A stretch of 64,000 bases of DNA from Eledone cirrhosa (Eukaryota): contig OZ024745.1 of assembly GCA_964016885.1 (NCBI GenBank), positions 55,242,001 through 55,306,000 of the forward strand. Direction: 5' to 3'. The translations under genes and the position numbers were made by a program. The notes beneath the pieces are model-generated. The model was not told the origin of the DNA, made no database searches, and worked only from the letters and a program-made list of their open reading frames with translations. The number at the start of each line of letters is the position of its first letter. Position 1 is the first letter of the stretch. Of this stretch, positions 13,005-25,746 are shown in pieces.

Positions 13005-13995
13005 ATTTATTAATGAATGAACACTTATATGACCTCCTTTTCACCCAAGAGACATACAGATACATATGCAAATGTTGTGGGTCAACATTCATTACAGCAT
13101 TTAGAGTGGCAGTACACACTTAGAGATTACATTCATATTAAAGGATACAATCAACAATACAGGTTAAAATACAACATGAAATTAAGCGGTTATATAGTGG
13201 AAAGGTTATATGTGTGGCAAGCACGTGCGTCTTGTTTATATAGTGTGGCAGAGAGTTACGTGTAGTAGAAGCACTTAAGTAGGTAAACAAGAGTGTTAGG
13301 TTGGTTGATCTGGTGACAAATTCTTTATATGATTGTTATAGTCTGTGTGTGGAGAAATAATATAAGCATTAAAAATAGTGCAAGCACTAAAAATATTCGA
13401 AATGCGCAGCGAAGGGATGATATGGACTTCATGTACTTCGACATTTTCATAGTCTGGGGAGTGTATTTTTCACATTATATGCCCCTCACATAACCCACGA
13501 CGATTCAATATCGAATCGTCGTGGGTTATGTGAGGGGCATATAATGTGAAAAATACACTCCCCAGACTATGAAAATGTCGAAGCACATGAAGTCCATATC
13601 ATCCCTTCGCTGCGCATTTCGAATATTTTTAGTGCTTGCACTATTTTTAATGCTTATATTATTCCTCCACACACAGACTATAACAATCATATAAAGAATT
13701 TGTCACCAGATCAACCAACCTAACACTCTTGTTTACCTACTTAAGTGCTTCTACTACACGTAACTCTCTGCCACACTATATAAACAAGACGCACGTGCTT
13801 GCCACACATATAACCTTTCCACTATATAACCGCTTAATTTCATGTTGTATTTTAACCTGTATTTTTGATTGTATCCTTTAATATGAATGTAATCTCTAAA
13901 TGCTGTAATGAATGTTGACCCACAATATTTGCATATGTATCTGTATGTCTCTTGGGTGAAAAGGAGGTCATATAAGTGTTCATTCATTAATAAAT

Positions 13996-14042
13996 TGCTC
14001 CGAAGAATCCAAACCTCGGTTTGGAGGAAACAGTTGTAAGCA
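13996..14042 (+). ncRNA. Hammerhead ribozyme, right arm (core variant CCGAAGA)
   Basis: TGCT-CCGAAGA-A-TCCAAACC-TC-GGTTTGGA-G-GAAA-CAGTTG-TA-AGCA; all three stems pair. Confidence 0.7.
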
Positions 14043-14249
14043 TAAAAATGTTTTGAACAGTTCTTTGATTCTTATATTTCATATAACTGCTCTGTAAATC
14101 ATCTGATGTTTTTACATTGAGCTACTTAACTTACTGGTAATAAGGTAGTAATATATTACTGCCTACCACTATTTAGGGGATGTATAAAAATACATATAAC
14201 TGCAAAAGGTTTTTGTATTTACATAACCATAAATAGTATAATTAATTAA

Positions 14250-14319
<70 letters not shown>

Positions 14320-14320
<1 letters not shown>

Positions 14321-15420
14321 GTTAAAACTGGGACGGGAACAAAAACAGAGAGGCAGTACAAACAAAAGTTTATTAGGTTCACGCTCTTAAGAGCGGGGGG
14401 GGGGGCGTTTCGGGCATAAGCCCTTCTTCAGGAGAAAAATGGGTGGAAAGAGAGTTCCGAGGGTGTATGGAGGAGTGGTGGAGAGACATTTAGAAAAAAG
14501 GGGGAGAGAGGAAAAGGGGGGGGGAAACGGTGGAAGGGGTACAAATAAAAATTAAAATAAACATAAAGATAAACAAGTGGTGGAAGGGTGTGGGGCGTGT
14601 ATGGGTGGTGGTGGGTGGAGGAGGGAGAGGTAGGCTGTGGTCCGAGCGGGGAGGGGTGAAGGTGGTGTTTGTGTATGTGTGTAGGTGTACGTGTGTGTGT
14701 GTGTGTGTGTGAAAGTGAGAGTTGGGGGAAGAACGAGGTTCCATATTCAGGAAAAGGTGTGTGTGGAGTGGGGTGTAGGTGGGTGTGTGCGTGCGTGTGG
14801 ATGGGGAGGGGTAAGAGTGGTGGGGGAGGGAATGGGGGTTGATTCCGGAGGCTGAGTGTGTATAGTGAGGGTACGCACGTGTGTGTTGGTGTTTATACGT
14901 GATGTGGATGTAGATGGCGTGGTTCGAAAAAAAAATTGTTGTGAGTATATGTCCGTGGGTAAGTTCCTAAGGTAGTCCATGGAGTGTGCGATGAGAGGCC
15001 GGATATGTTTCATGTTATGGAGTCGATAGCTGGAACGATGACCGGTAGTGCGGAATCCGTTGGTTGTGGTGGTCGGAAGTGGGGAGATGTGGGGTGCGCG
15101 CGCAACATGAAATGGTCAGAGGGTCAAGGCAGGATGAAGTGATAGCAGTAGGGGAGAATGACAGGTGGAGAAATAGTCTGTGTGTGGTGAGGACTGTGTG
15201 TCTGTGTGTGCGGAGGTGCGGTGGACAGGAGAGAGGATGGGTAGGTGTGAAAGGTGGAGTGGGGAGGGGGTCATGTGAGGGGATGAGGTGTGTATTAGTA
15301 GAGGTGTTAGTGAGATGTGTGTGTGAAGGGTTGTGGGTGGAGCGGGTAGAGGGAGATGGAGAGAAAAGGTGTTGGGAACGATGGAGGGAGTGTAGTGTAC
15401 TGGTGTGTGTGTGCGTGTTT
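14320..15420 (-). mobile_element. Degenerate PLE 3' remnant (Poseidon-like HHR)
   Basis: HHR core near the TA-abutting end, AATAAA downstream, C/A-rich UTR; weak GIY-YIG-like trace GHRSS..HIRPLIAH. Confidence 0.5.
14405..14434 (-). ncRNA. Hammerhead core with disrupted 3' side
   Basis: CTGAAGA-A-GGGC-TTAT-GCCC-GAAACG, followed by a C-run instead of stems III and I. Confidence 0.6.
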
Positions 15421-16585
15421 ATATATTATATATATAATATTGATGAGAAGAGGGCTGCGTGGTTACTGATAACGAGTGTTAGAAGGTAATTAATCTTTCA
15501 CTTTTTACGACTACATATTAAGGTAAATAAACCATGTTTCTTAAGAGATGGCAAGTTGCTTAATATATTAAAATGCATAATGAAATGATCCACGAAATTA
15601 GCGATATTGGATATTCATTGAATACAATAAACTACATTTCTATACATGCATTTCATTGTAATGGACAATTCTCCAATAATAAATATATTGTTCATGTTAT
15701 CTCCTGTGAACAATTACTTGTTGTCAACCAAATTCCCTAACGTTTAATTTATAGTGGTTAATGAATATGAAAATAGGACCACAATATGGATTATTTCTCT
15801 TAAAATGTATAATCTTTATATTACACTTTATACACAATAATGTTTGTTCGCGTTTGCTCTCAGGTGAACCAAGTTCTGAAGATTATAAATATTTAATTAC
15901 TCTAAGTGGGTTTACGACCAGAATTGCATCTGGGATCATGTTGTTTTTTTTTCCCGATTGTAAGTACCATATCAATTTCCAAAATTGGCATCAGTTTTTC
16001 GCTCTCACATACATAAGTGCAAAAAAAGACGCAATTAGTTTATTCCCCCATTTGTCTCCCTCCATTTTTTTCTATGTTAATATATATGTCTACTAGAGAA
16101 TATATACATTTTAACTGCATCCATTTTAAAACGAACTGTAGCTAAATCTACTGAATTTAACCACAAAAATTCATTTTGAAAATCCTCACCTTGTTGATAA
16201 TGTACATTTGTGGTAATGCAGTCCATTATATATAGCATAAAAGAACAAATGATTCTTTGATTGTGGAACACTCTTCTTCCTATATGTACTTGAAAAAGTT
16301 AGACAACGTACTGCATACCGTATATTTCAGGCAGCTCTATAAGTTTAAGATGACACTAATTTCAAATATTGCCAAAGAAGGAAATACACTCTCTGCAGCT
16401 TAACTGAAACTACTTTTCAAAAGGATATCTTTGCTAATTATTACATAGCACCATGCATATTCCTATTCAAGTTGGTAAGATATTTTATACGACTATAAAT
16501 AGATGTGATCTATTTTCATTATCATTAACCAATTACCTTTCTCAATATGAACCCGGGAGTCCAATATATATATATATACTCTATA

Positions 16586-16613
16586 CTAGCCGAATTACTC
16601 GCGCCTTGCTGCG
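16586..16613 (-). mobile_element. Possible Helitron 3' terminus
   Basis: Minus strand weak GC hairpin CGCAGCAAGGCGCG, 10 nt, then CTAG followed by T. Confidence 0.35.
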
Positions 16614-16750
16614 TTTCACACATTTTTTATGTAAGAAAATGATTGATTTGAAATCAGTGATATCATTTATGGAGAAAAACTCTGCATTTCAATATTACTC
16701 AATGTAAAATGCAATGCACGAAAAATTCGAAAACATTATTTTTTGTAATA

Positions 16751-16924
16751 TATCGGTAGAGGGTTGGACGCCATGCTTTCTATCATAGTTACGTCCCTTT
16801 ACAGTCTGAGTTCAAATGCCGCCGAGGTTAACTTTGCCTTTCATCCTTACGGGGTCGATCAAATAAGGTACCCGTAATGTACTGGGTAATTGCTGGCCTT
16901 GTGCCTAAAGTAGAAACAATTATT
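16751..16924 (+). mobile_element. tRNA-head SINE (Meta-type central domain), slightly 5'-truncated
   Basis: B box GAGTTCAAAT; GCCTTTCATCCTTACGGGGTCGAT; tail GGCCTTGTGCCTAAAGTAGAAACAATT; TSD ATTATTTTTTGTAATA(TATC). Confidence 0.9.
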
Positions 16925-17179
16925 TTTTGTAATATATCAAATCAAAATTACATTATTAAATCTTTATTCTTATTTTGTTTCTTGTAAATATTATTTTTCA
17001 AAATATCAATTCAAAACTTTTGTGAATGGGCATCATATCTTGTCATTTACCTATGGTTTAAATTTCATATAGATCGAAGGGAAAATATTTTCAGCAGAGA
17101 TTTGTGCCCCCAGGAAGCCTACTGGGGGTTGGGGGGGGGGGGGGGGGGGGGTTAACCCCCATTAGATTGTCTTAGATAT

Positions 17180-20100
17180 TATGTGACGGTATTTTAACGA
17201 TAGTTATAGCTCTGATTCATCTGAATTATTGAGCCCTCTGCCGCTCATTTCGAATATTGTTTATCGTGAACTCGTGCGCCGATTTTTCGATACTCGATCT
17301 TTCTAATATTTTTAGCTCTGGACATAGCTATCCACCAGTTAATTTTATTGCTCATTTTTTGTCGATTCTATTGAGTGATGAATAGCTCTTGTTTTATTTT
17401 AACATGTCTATTGAGCACTCTTATTCGATATGTGTATTTCCACATTTCCTCGAATAGTTTTCGCGGATGTAGAGGTTATCTCCCTTGTCGAATTCCATGT
17501 GCGTATTTCGCTTGTGGTTAGCCCCTTATCCGCTAGGAAAAAGCTCGTTGATGAAGTAAACTCCATTCCTCTTGCTCTAGTAGTCTTATATATTTATATG
17601 TGAGCTGATAGAGTACAGTCTAAGGATTTACAGAAACCCAAGAAGCTAGATTTAACACCTTTCTAGTGGGTCCGGGTATGATTTTACATTCATTTAAATT
17701 ATTGATGTATTGTTTTATTGATATTTTTTATCTGTTTGTCCCGAATCTTCTATTATCGATTTTTTATCGTATGGTTGATTGTAGACTTGTTCTATGTGTG
17801 ACGGTATTTTAACGATAGTTATAGCTCTGATTCATCTGAATTATTGAGCCCTCTGCCGCTCATTTCGAATATTGTTTATCGTGAACTCGTGCGCCGATTT
17901 TTCGATACTCGATCTTTCTAATATTTTTAGCTCTGGACATAGCTATCCACCAGTTAATTTTATTGCTCATTTTTTGTCGATTCTATTGAGTGATGAATAG
18001 CTCTTGTTTTATTTTAACATGTCTATTGAGCACTCTTATTCGATATGTGTATTTCCACATTTCCTCGAATAGTTTTCGCGGATGTAGAGGTTATCTCCCT
18101 TGTCGAATTCCATGTGCGTATTTCGCTTGTGGTTAGCCCCTTATCCGCTAGGAAAAAGCTCGTTGATGAAGTAAACTCCATTCCTCTTGCTCTAGTAGTC
18201 TTATATATTTATATGTGAGCTGATAGAGTACAGTCTAAGGATTTACAGAAACCCAAGAAGCTAGATTTAACACCTTTCTAGTGGGTCCGGGTATGATTTT
18301 ACATTCATTTAAATTATTGATGTATTGTTTTATTGATATTTTTTATCTGTTTGTCCCGAATCTTCTATTATCGATTTTTTATCGTATGGTTGATTGTAGA
18401 CTTGTTCTATGTGTGACGGTATTTTAACGATAGTTATAGCTCTGATTCATCTGAATTATTGAGCCCTCTGCCGCTCATTTCGAATATTGTTTATCGTGAA
18501 CTCGTGCGCCGATTTTTCGATACTCGATCTTTCTAATATTTTTAGCTCTGGACATAGCTATCCACCAGTTAATTTTATTGCTCATTTTTTGTCGATTCTA
18601 TTGAGTGATGAATAGCTCTTGTTTTATTTTAACATGTCTATTGAGCACTCTTATTCGATATGTGTATTTCCACATTTCCTCGAATAGTTTTCGCGGATGT
18701 AGAGGTTATCTCCCTTGTCGAATTCCATGTGCGTATTTCGCTTGTGGTTAGCCCCTTATCCGCTAGGAAAAAGCTCGTTGATGAAGTAAACTCCATTCCT
18801 CTTGCTCTAGTAGTCTTATATATTTATATGTGAGCTGATAGAGTACAGTCTAAGGATTTACAGAAACCCAAGAAGCTAGATTTAACACCTTTCTAGTGGG
18901 TCCGGGTATGATTTTACATTCATTTAAATTATTGATGTATTGTTTTATTGATATTTTTTATCTGTTTGTCCCGAATCTTCTATTATCGATTTTTTATCGT
19001 ATGGTTGATTGTAGACTTGTTCTATGTGTGACGGTATTTTAACGATAGTTATAGCTCTGATTCATCTGAATTATTGAGCCCTCTGCCGCTCATTTCGAAT
19101 ATTGTTTATCGTGAACTCGTGCGCCGATTTTTCGATACTCGATCTTTCTAATATTTTTAGCTCTGGACATAGCTATCCACCAGTTAATTTTATTGCTCAT
19201 TTTTTGTCGATTCTATTGAGTGATGAATAGCTCTTGTTTTATTTTAACATGTCTATTGAGCACTCTTATTCGATATGTGTATTTCCACATTTCCTCGAAT
19301 AGTTTTCGCGGATGTAGAGGTTATCTCCCTTGTCGAATTCCATGTGCGTATTTCGCTTGTGGTTAGCCCCTTATCCGCTAGGAAAAAGCTCGTTGATGAA
19401 GTAAACTCCATTCCTCTTGCTCTAGTAGTCTTATATATTTATATGTGAGCTGATAGAGTACAGTCTAAGGATTTACAGAAACCCAAGAAGCTAGATTTAA
19501 CACCTTTCTAGTGGGTCCGGGTATGATTTTACATTCATTTAAATTATTGATGTATTGTTTTATTGATATTTTTTATCTGTTTGTCCCGAATCTTCTATTA
19601 TCGATTTTTTATCGTATGGTTGATTGTAGACTTGTTCTATGTGTGACGGTATTTTAACGATAGTTATAGCTCTGATTCATCTGAATTATTGAGCCCTCTG
19701 CCGCTCATTTCGAATATTGTTTATCGTGAACTCGTGCGCCGATTTTTCGATACTCGATCTTTCTAATATTTTTAGCTCTGGACATAGCTATCCACCAGTT
19801 AATTTTATTGCTCATTTTTTGTCGATTCTATTGAGTGATGAATAGCTCTTGTTTTATTTTAACATGTCTATTGAGCACTCTTATTCGATATGTGTATTTC
19901 CACATTTCCTCGAATAGTTTTCGCGGATGTAGAGGTTATCTCCCTTGTCGAATTCCATGTGCGTATTTCGCTTGTGGTTAGCCCCTTATCCGCTAGGAAA
20001 AAGCTCGTTGATGAAGTAAACTCCATTCCTCTTGCTCTAGTAGTCTTATATATTTATATGTGAGCTGATAGAGTACAGTCTAAGGATTTACAGAAACCCA

Positions 20101-20384
20101 AGAAGCTAGATTTAACACCTTTCTAGTGGGTCCGGGTATGATTTTACATTCATTTAAATTATTGATGTATTGTTTTATTGATATTTTTTATCTGTTTGTC
20201 CCGAATCTTCTATTATCGATTTTTTATCGTATGGTTGATTGTAGACTTGTTCTATGTGTGACGGTATTTTAACGATAGTTATAGCTCTGATTCATCTGAA
20301 TTATTGAGCCCTCTGCCGCTCATTTCGAATATTGTTTATCGTGAACTCGTGCGCCGATTTTTCGATACTCGATCTTTCTAATAT
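17180..20384. repeat. Tandem array, 615-bp unit x 5.2, copies apparently identical
   Basis: GTGACGGTATTTT starts at 17183, 17798, 18413, 19028, 19643 and 20258; ends in (TA)n. Confidence 0.97.
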
Positions 20385-20451
20385 ATATATATATATATAT
20401 AGTGGTTATGCAGTCCATTATATATAGCATAAAAGAACAAATGATACTTTG

Positions 20452-20490
<39 letters not shown>

Positions 20491-20577
20491 CAAGGGGTAG
20501 TGGAAAATGATTCTGCATACAATTACAAATTTACGACGTCCATCTGCATGGTTAACTTCAGTATATATCGTATAACA

Positions 20578-20761
20578 TAATTGTTTCTACTTTAGGCACA
20601 AGGCCAGCAATTACTCAGTGCATTACTGGTATTTTATTTTATCGACCCCGTAAGGATGAAAGGCAAAGTTAACCTCGGCGGGATTTGAACTCAGATCGTA
20701 AAGGGACGTAACTATGCTGGAAAGCATGGCGTCCGACCCTCTAGCGATACTGCCAATCCAC
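20578..20761 (-). mobile_element. SINE copy
   Basis: Reverse complement of the 52927-53113 family; A box TGGCAGTATC and B box GAGTTCAAATCC. Confidence 0.9.
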
Positions 20762-22519
20762 AATACTTTGATTTACATTGATCGATAATATAAACAACTG
20801 ACTGAAATGATTGCTAAAGGCGACGTAATTGAACAACTATTCTAAGGTGTTTACCATTCCCATGACTAAACCTGGTAAACATATATAGAAAATAAAATAT
20901 AGAAATATTAAAATGTCACTCACATATGATGCATTAATTTAACAGGAAAATTTAAAACAATATACGTCACACCTCTTGTTGTTGTTTTCGTTCTTGTATT
21001 TGATGAAATTGGTTCAAGTTGTGATCGCTGAACCTTTTCTTCTGCAAAGTATATATAGTACATTTATATTTCTGTTCGATGTGATAGAATGCAATTTGAA
21101 GGAGATTCAGCTGCAACATTTAGCAGTTCAAATACATCTTTCATGGCATTGTAAAAGTCTTCAATCATTGATACTTCGTCAGATATGTCATGGAATATTA
21201 GATAGATGGTACCCAATCATCATATGTTTGTTTGGATTAGCAAAGCATTAACCATTGCAAGTTACTTTATGTTAGTGTTACAACTTCCACGTATATATTG
21301 TACGTAATATTTATTCAATATCAAATAAACATTCGATAAGCATTCACCACCTTACGGGATGCCGAATTATGGAAATGATCAGGTGTTAACTTTGTTATCA
21401 GTTATTTCTAGTTTTATATTCCTCATATTACTTTCATTCACACACGCCAATTGTTCAATCTGATGTCTTATTCGTTCAGTTACCTTTTCATAAATGGCTT
21501 GACATTGGGTTAGAAATGTACATTTTGCAATTTAAACCATATGAACAAGATTGTATGCTGCTCGATTTAGTTGCTGTACTCAGTACCGTGCTAGGTTTAT
21601 CATAATAGTTTCCAATTCATTCCTATTATAATGTCATTTTTTCAGGTGATTCCCACAGAAAACAATTTGCACCCGAGAATGATATTTACGTATATATAAC
21701 GGAGTATGAGTCATATTATTATTTTACTTTCAAACAAAACAAAGAGCAGCTATCAAATACGTAGACACAGGAATGAATATTCTCTGAAGCATTTTTATTT
21801 AATTGATGGGAATAGATTTCCTAACATATTAGGGTAACATTTATACAGTTTAAACGAATATGTTTTTCTGAGTTACAAGGCCACTAGACATTGCAACCAC
21901 CTCCATTCCCAATAGGACCAGCACTATCATTACCACACACTATATTTTAGCGGTGTTGGTTTTGAAATAATTCCTCTGCTCGTTTCTGATACTGTATTTT
22001 ATCATATTGATGTATTTTATCACATTCATAAATGGATCGTGGATTCTATGAAAAGCAATTAATTATTCCAGTCGGTTTATTGATCAGAAAATAACAAAAA
22101 TGAAATTGTAGGAATAATAGAATAAAACGGAAAGAATTTTGAATCACTACGATAAAATGCTGACTTCGCATTCTCAGTTAAAAACGTCAAGGTAATATAT
22201 AGTTTAAAAAAGAATAATTATATATATTTTCAATGCGTCCATATATACCATGTTTTTCCCAAGCGGAAAGAACGTTAGCTATTCTATTTTAAATCATTCA
22301 TATTCACAATTCCGCAAAATCATTGATAAATAAACTGACCATTCAGAAAGAGAGGCAAACAGTTTCATTCTATTGCAAGAGAGTTACAGGCAATTTCAGT
22401 GATAAAGTTAATTAACCATTAATGATCTTTCAGGGGTAATATCAGAAAAATGAAAGAACAACAAATAAAAAAGTGAAAAATATAAGAATCATATATATAT
22501 ATAAATATAAATATGTATG

Positions 22520-22606
<87 letters not shown>

Positions 22607-22646
22607 ATTTAATTATATATATATAAATATATATATATGTATATGT

Positions 22647-22754
<108 letters not shown>

Positions 22755-23311
22755 TACACACACATACGCACACAAACACACATTTTTAGAAAAGTAAAAT
22801 TAATAATCCCGGAAGCCATTGCAACCTTGTTTGGTTTGAAGTGGAATGTTCGGTATAGTTCGTGGTATAAAGCTTGCTATTTCTTCATTGTTACTATGCA
22901 ATCCAAATTGCTTGACAGGAATCAGTCAGTATAAAATGTTATGCAACTATTCCAAAATCAAGTGAATTGATGTAAAAAACGAAAAAGAAATGGTATAGTA
23001 ATATAAAAGCATAATAGAACTGTTGTAGGTAAAGCTATATAGAAACAATGGTGGCTTTATTTTAATCGAGTATCAAGTGGCAGAGGTTTTAGATAAATGA
23101 TTAAAAGCTCGGATTAATGTGTTGTATAACACCTTTTTCTTACAGTGGAGTTTAACAATACCGATTAATATTTATTCTATTATTTAGTTTGATGATATTT
23201 TATGGTATCGATTATTGCTGATGTTCTTATTATTGAGGGGTCAATGAAAAAATAATATTATGAAAAAGAAATAATAATAATAATGATAATATTGTGTCCA
23301 ATAAAGAAATC

Positions 23312-25153
23312 ATTATTATTATTATATGTTCTTTGAGTCACAGTCATTGATGTTAGTTAACTGGAAAGTTTGTTGAAATGAATATCAAGCCACTACCTGC
23401 AGCCTCAGATATTCAGGACGTATCGGAGGGTTCTTGCTTTTCCCAGCAAGCATGTCTTTTGAAGCGTTCCAAAAAGCGGGGCGGGGCCAATTTTCTTTAA
23501 CCATCCCTGGAAACTTTTTGAGATAGTACCAAGTGCGCATATGAAAATCGGGACCACTTTGATTTCATGGCAGTTCTAAATCCTTTTTACCTCCCACTTT
23601 AAGTCCTGGTGTCGGTTAAATTTCTCCGTCTCCTTCTCTTGCACTCTCGTGTCGAATGGGCAGGCCACATGCACAATCCGGCACAATTTTTTTCCTTGTC
23701 CAAAACCACCAGGTCAGGTCTATTATGTTCCAGTTTCATGTCCGTCTGTATCCTAAAATCCCACAGCACCTTCACCTGATCGTTTTCTATCACCGACTCT
23801 GGCTTATGCTCATACCACTTCTCAGAATGTGGTAAATTGTTTACTTTGTAAAGGTGCCAGTGGATCACCCTGCCCATCACATCATGTCTCCAGCCTTTAT
23901 AGTGAGTCTGGGCTAGGTGTTTACACTCGGATACAATGTGAGCCACTCTCTCTCCACAGTCTCCCCTCTCTCTCTCCACAGAGCCTCCTCCTTGTAAATA
24001 TGGTCTTTCAACCACTTCGTTTTGAGGGTCTGCTCTTGCGCAGCCATTAGCATTCCTTCTGTAGCATTTTTAAGGTCTCCTCTTTTCAACCAGTTCCATG
24101 TCGTGGATCTCTGAATTCAGTTTTCTCAAAGAAGGTATTATGAAGGGATTTTTCATGAAGGCTGCTCTTTCTCCTTGTTGTTATTTCCTCCTTGGACATC
24201 CCCTGGTCTATTGTCATCTCCTTCAGTACAATTCTGAGCGTTGGCTCCTTACTACCAGTCACGTATTTGTGTAGATGTTTTTCTCCATCTGAACACAGTC
24301 CTCTATGCTGATAAGACCTCTTCCACCTTCAGATCTCCTTAAGTAGAGTCTATCGACATCACTCCTCTTGTGGAACATGTTGTAGTTAGTCAATAGCTTC
24401 CTAGTCTTCCTATCCATTTCTTTTTATTCAGCAACATTCCATCTCAGAATTCCCGCACTGTACCTAATAATAGACACAGCTCGGGAATTTACTGCACTTA
24501 TGGCATTCCTACTGTTCAGATGTGACTTTAATACGCTCCTTAATCTCCGAATGTATTCAGATCTTATAAATTCCTTCATTTTTTTTGTTCTTGATGTCAT
24601 CAACCTCCAGAACACCCAAATACTTGTATCCTTCTTCAGTGTCAATTTCCTTTATCATCTCACCTGTTGGTACCTGCATTCCGTTGCTTCTGCTCAATTT
24701 ACCCCTCTTCATCACAAGGACTCCACACTTACTAATACCAAATTGCATACATATATCATTGCTGAAAATACGGACAGTGTCAACAAGCACATCCAACTCC
24801 TTCCCACTCTTCGCGAAGAGCTTAAGATCGTCCATGAAGAGGAGATGATTGATGGTAAGCTCTCCCTTTCCCAACTTGTATCCTGCTCTCACTTTTCGCA
24901 TTATAATGGTCAGAGGCATCAGGGCAAGGACAAACAACAGAGGGGACAGACTATCTCCCTGGAAGATACCTCTCTTGATCTTCACGCCTCCCAAGGATGT
25001 TAACTCCCAGCTGATGTTAACTCTGTTTTCCAGGACTTCATACTTTTGCCCAAAATCTGTCTGATGTTATCTGCCACCTTGAAAATCTCTAGGCTTTTGG
25101 TGATCCAAGAATGGGGCACCATGTCAAATGCCTTTTTGTAGTCTATCCATCAC
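23312..25153 (-). mobile_element. 5'-truncated, frameshifted R4/Dong-like RLE LINE
   Basis: GIFQGDSLSPLLF, HLLFMDDLKLF, YKYLG; HIVSEC..RHD; LWDFRIQTD..HNRPDLVV (RLE); (TAA)n tail. Confidence 0.9.
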
Positions 25154-25281
25154 ATTACGAAACGAACTATAAATAGAATAGAAACGACAACAGCAAACGC
25201 TATACTGCTCATACCCAAGGCGCACAGAGTTGTGCTCCGTATAGCAATAATGATGCGTAATAAAAATATTAATGGAAATAA

Positions 25282-25484
25282 TAATTGTTTCTACTTTAGG
25301 CACAAGGCCATTATTGTTTCTACTTTAGGCACAAGGCCAGAAATTACCCAGTGCATTACTGGTACTGTATTTTATCGCCCACGTAAGGATGAAAGGCGGG
25401 ATTTGAACTCAGGCCGTAAATGGACGTAACTATGCTGGAAAGCATGGCGTCCGACTCTCTACCGATACTGCCAATCCACCGCCC
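25282..25484 (-). mobile_element. SINE copy with duplicated tail, adjacent to the Tx1 (TAA)n tail
   Basis: Family sequence; ATTGTTTCTACTTTAGGCACAAGGCC occurs twice. Confidence 0.9.
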
Positions 25485-25551
25485 TAATAATAATAATAAT
25501 AATAATAATAATCATAATAATAATAATAATAATAATAATCATAATAATAAC

Positions 25552-25695
25552 AATGATTTCTTTATTGGCCACAAGGGCTGACATCAGGAAAAACATTACA
25601 GACGGCACAGGGCGGTACAGGACGCTACGATGTGGGTTTTGTGCGTGTAAAAAATGTTTATTATTTATATAAGAAAGGAAAAGAAAAGAGACAGA

Positions 25696-25746
<51 letters not shown>

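Larger units (their letters stand above)
12915..14085. repeat. ~1.17-kb palindrome of PLE-type 3' ends (family D2), 6-nt loop at 13507-13512
   Basis: Arms are reverse complements with few substitutions and one ~20-bp indel between TTAGAG repeats; HHR near each outer end. Confidence 0.95.

Noticed and set aside
15864-16474. Exon-like segments with AG/GT boundaries (plus ~15864-15959 and 16331-16474; minus 16108-16279)
   Set aside because: Conflicting strands, in-frame stops in one segment and no recognisable protein; would need RNA-seq or a homology search
17180-20384. CRISPR-like or rDNA/snRNA array interpretation
   Set aside because: No spacers; the unit has no recognisable 5S, tRNA or snRNA sequence
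20946-21270. Possible exon(s), e.g. minus 20973-21041 KKRFSDHNLNQFHQIQERKQQQE
   Set aside because: Short, no family motif, cannot be linked to other exons
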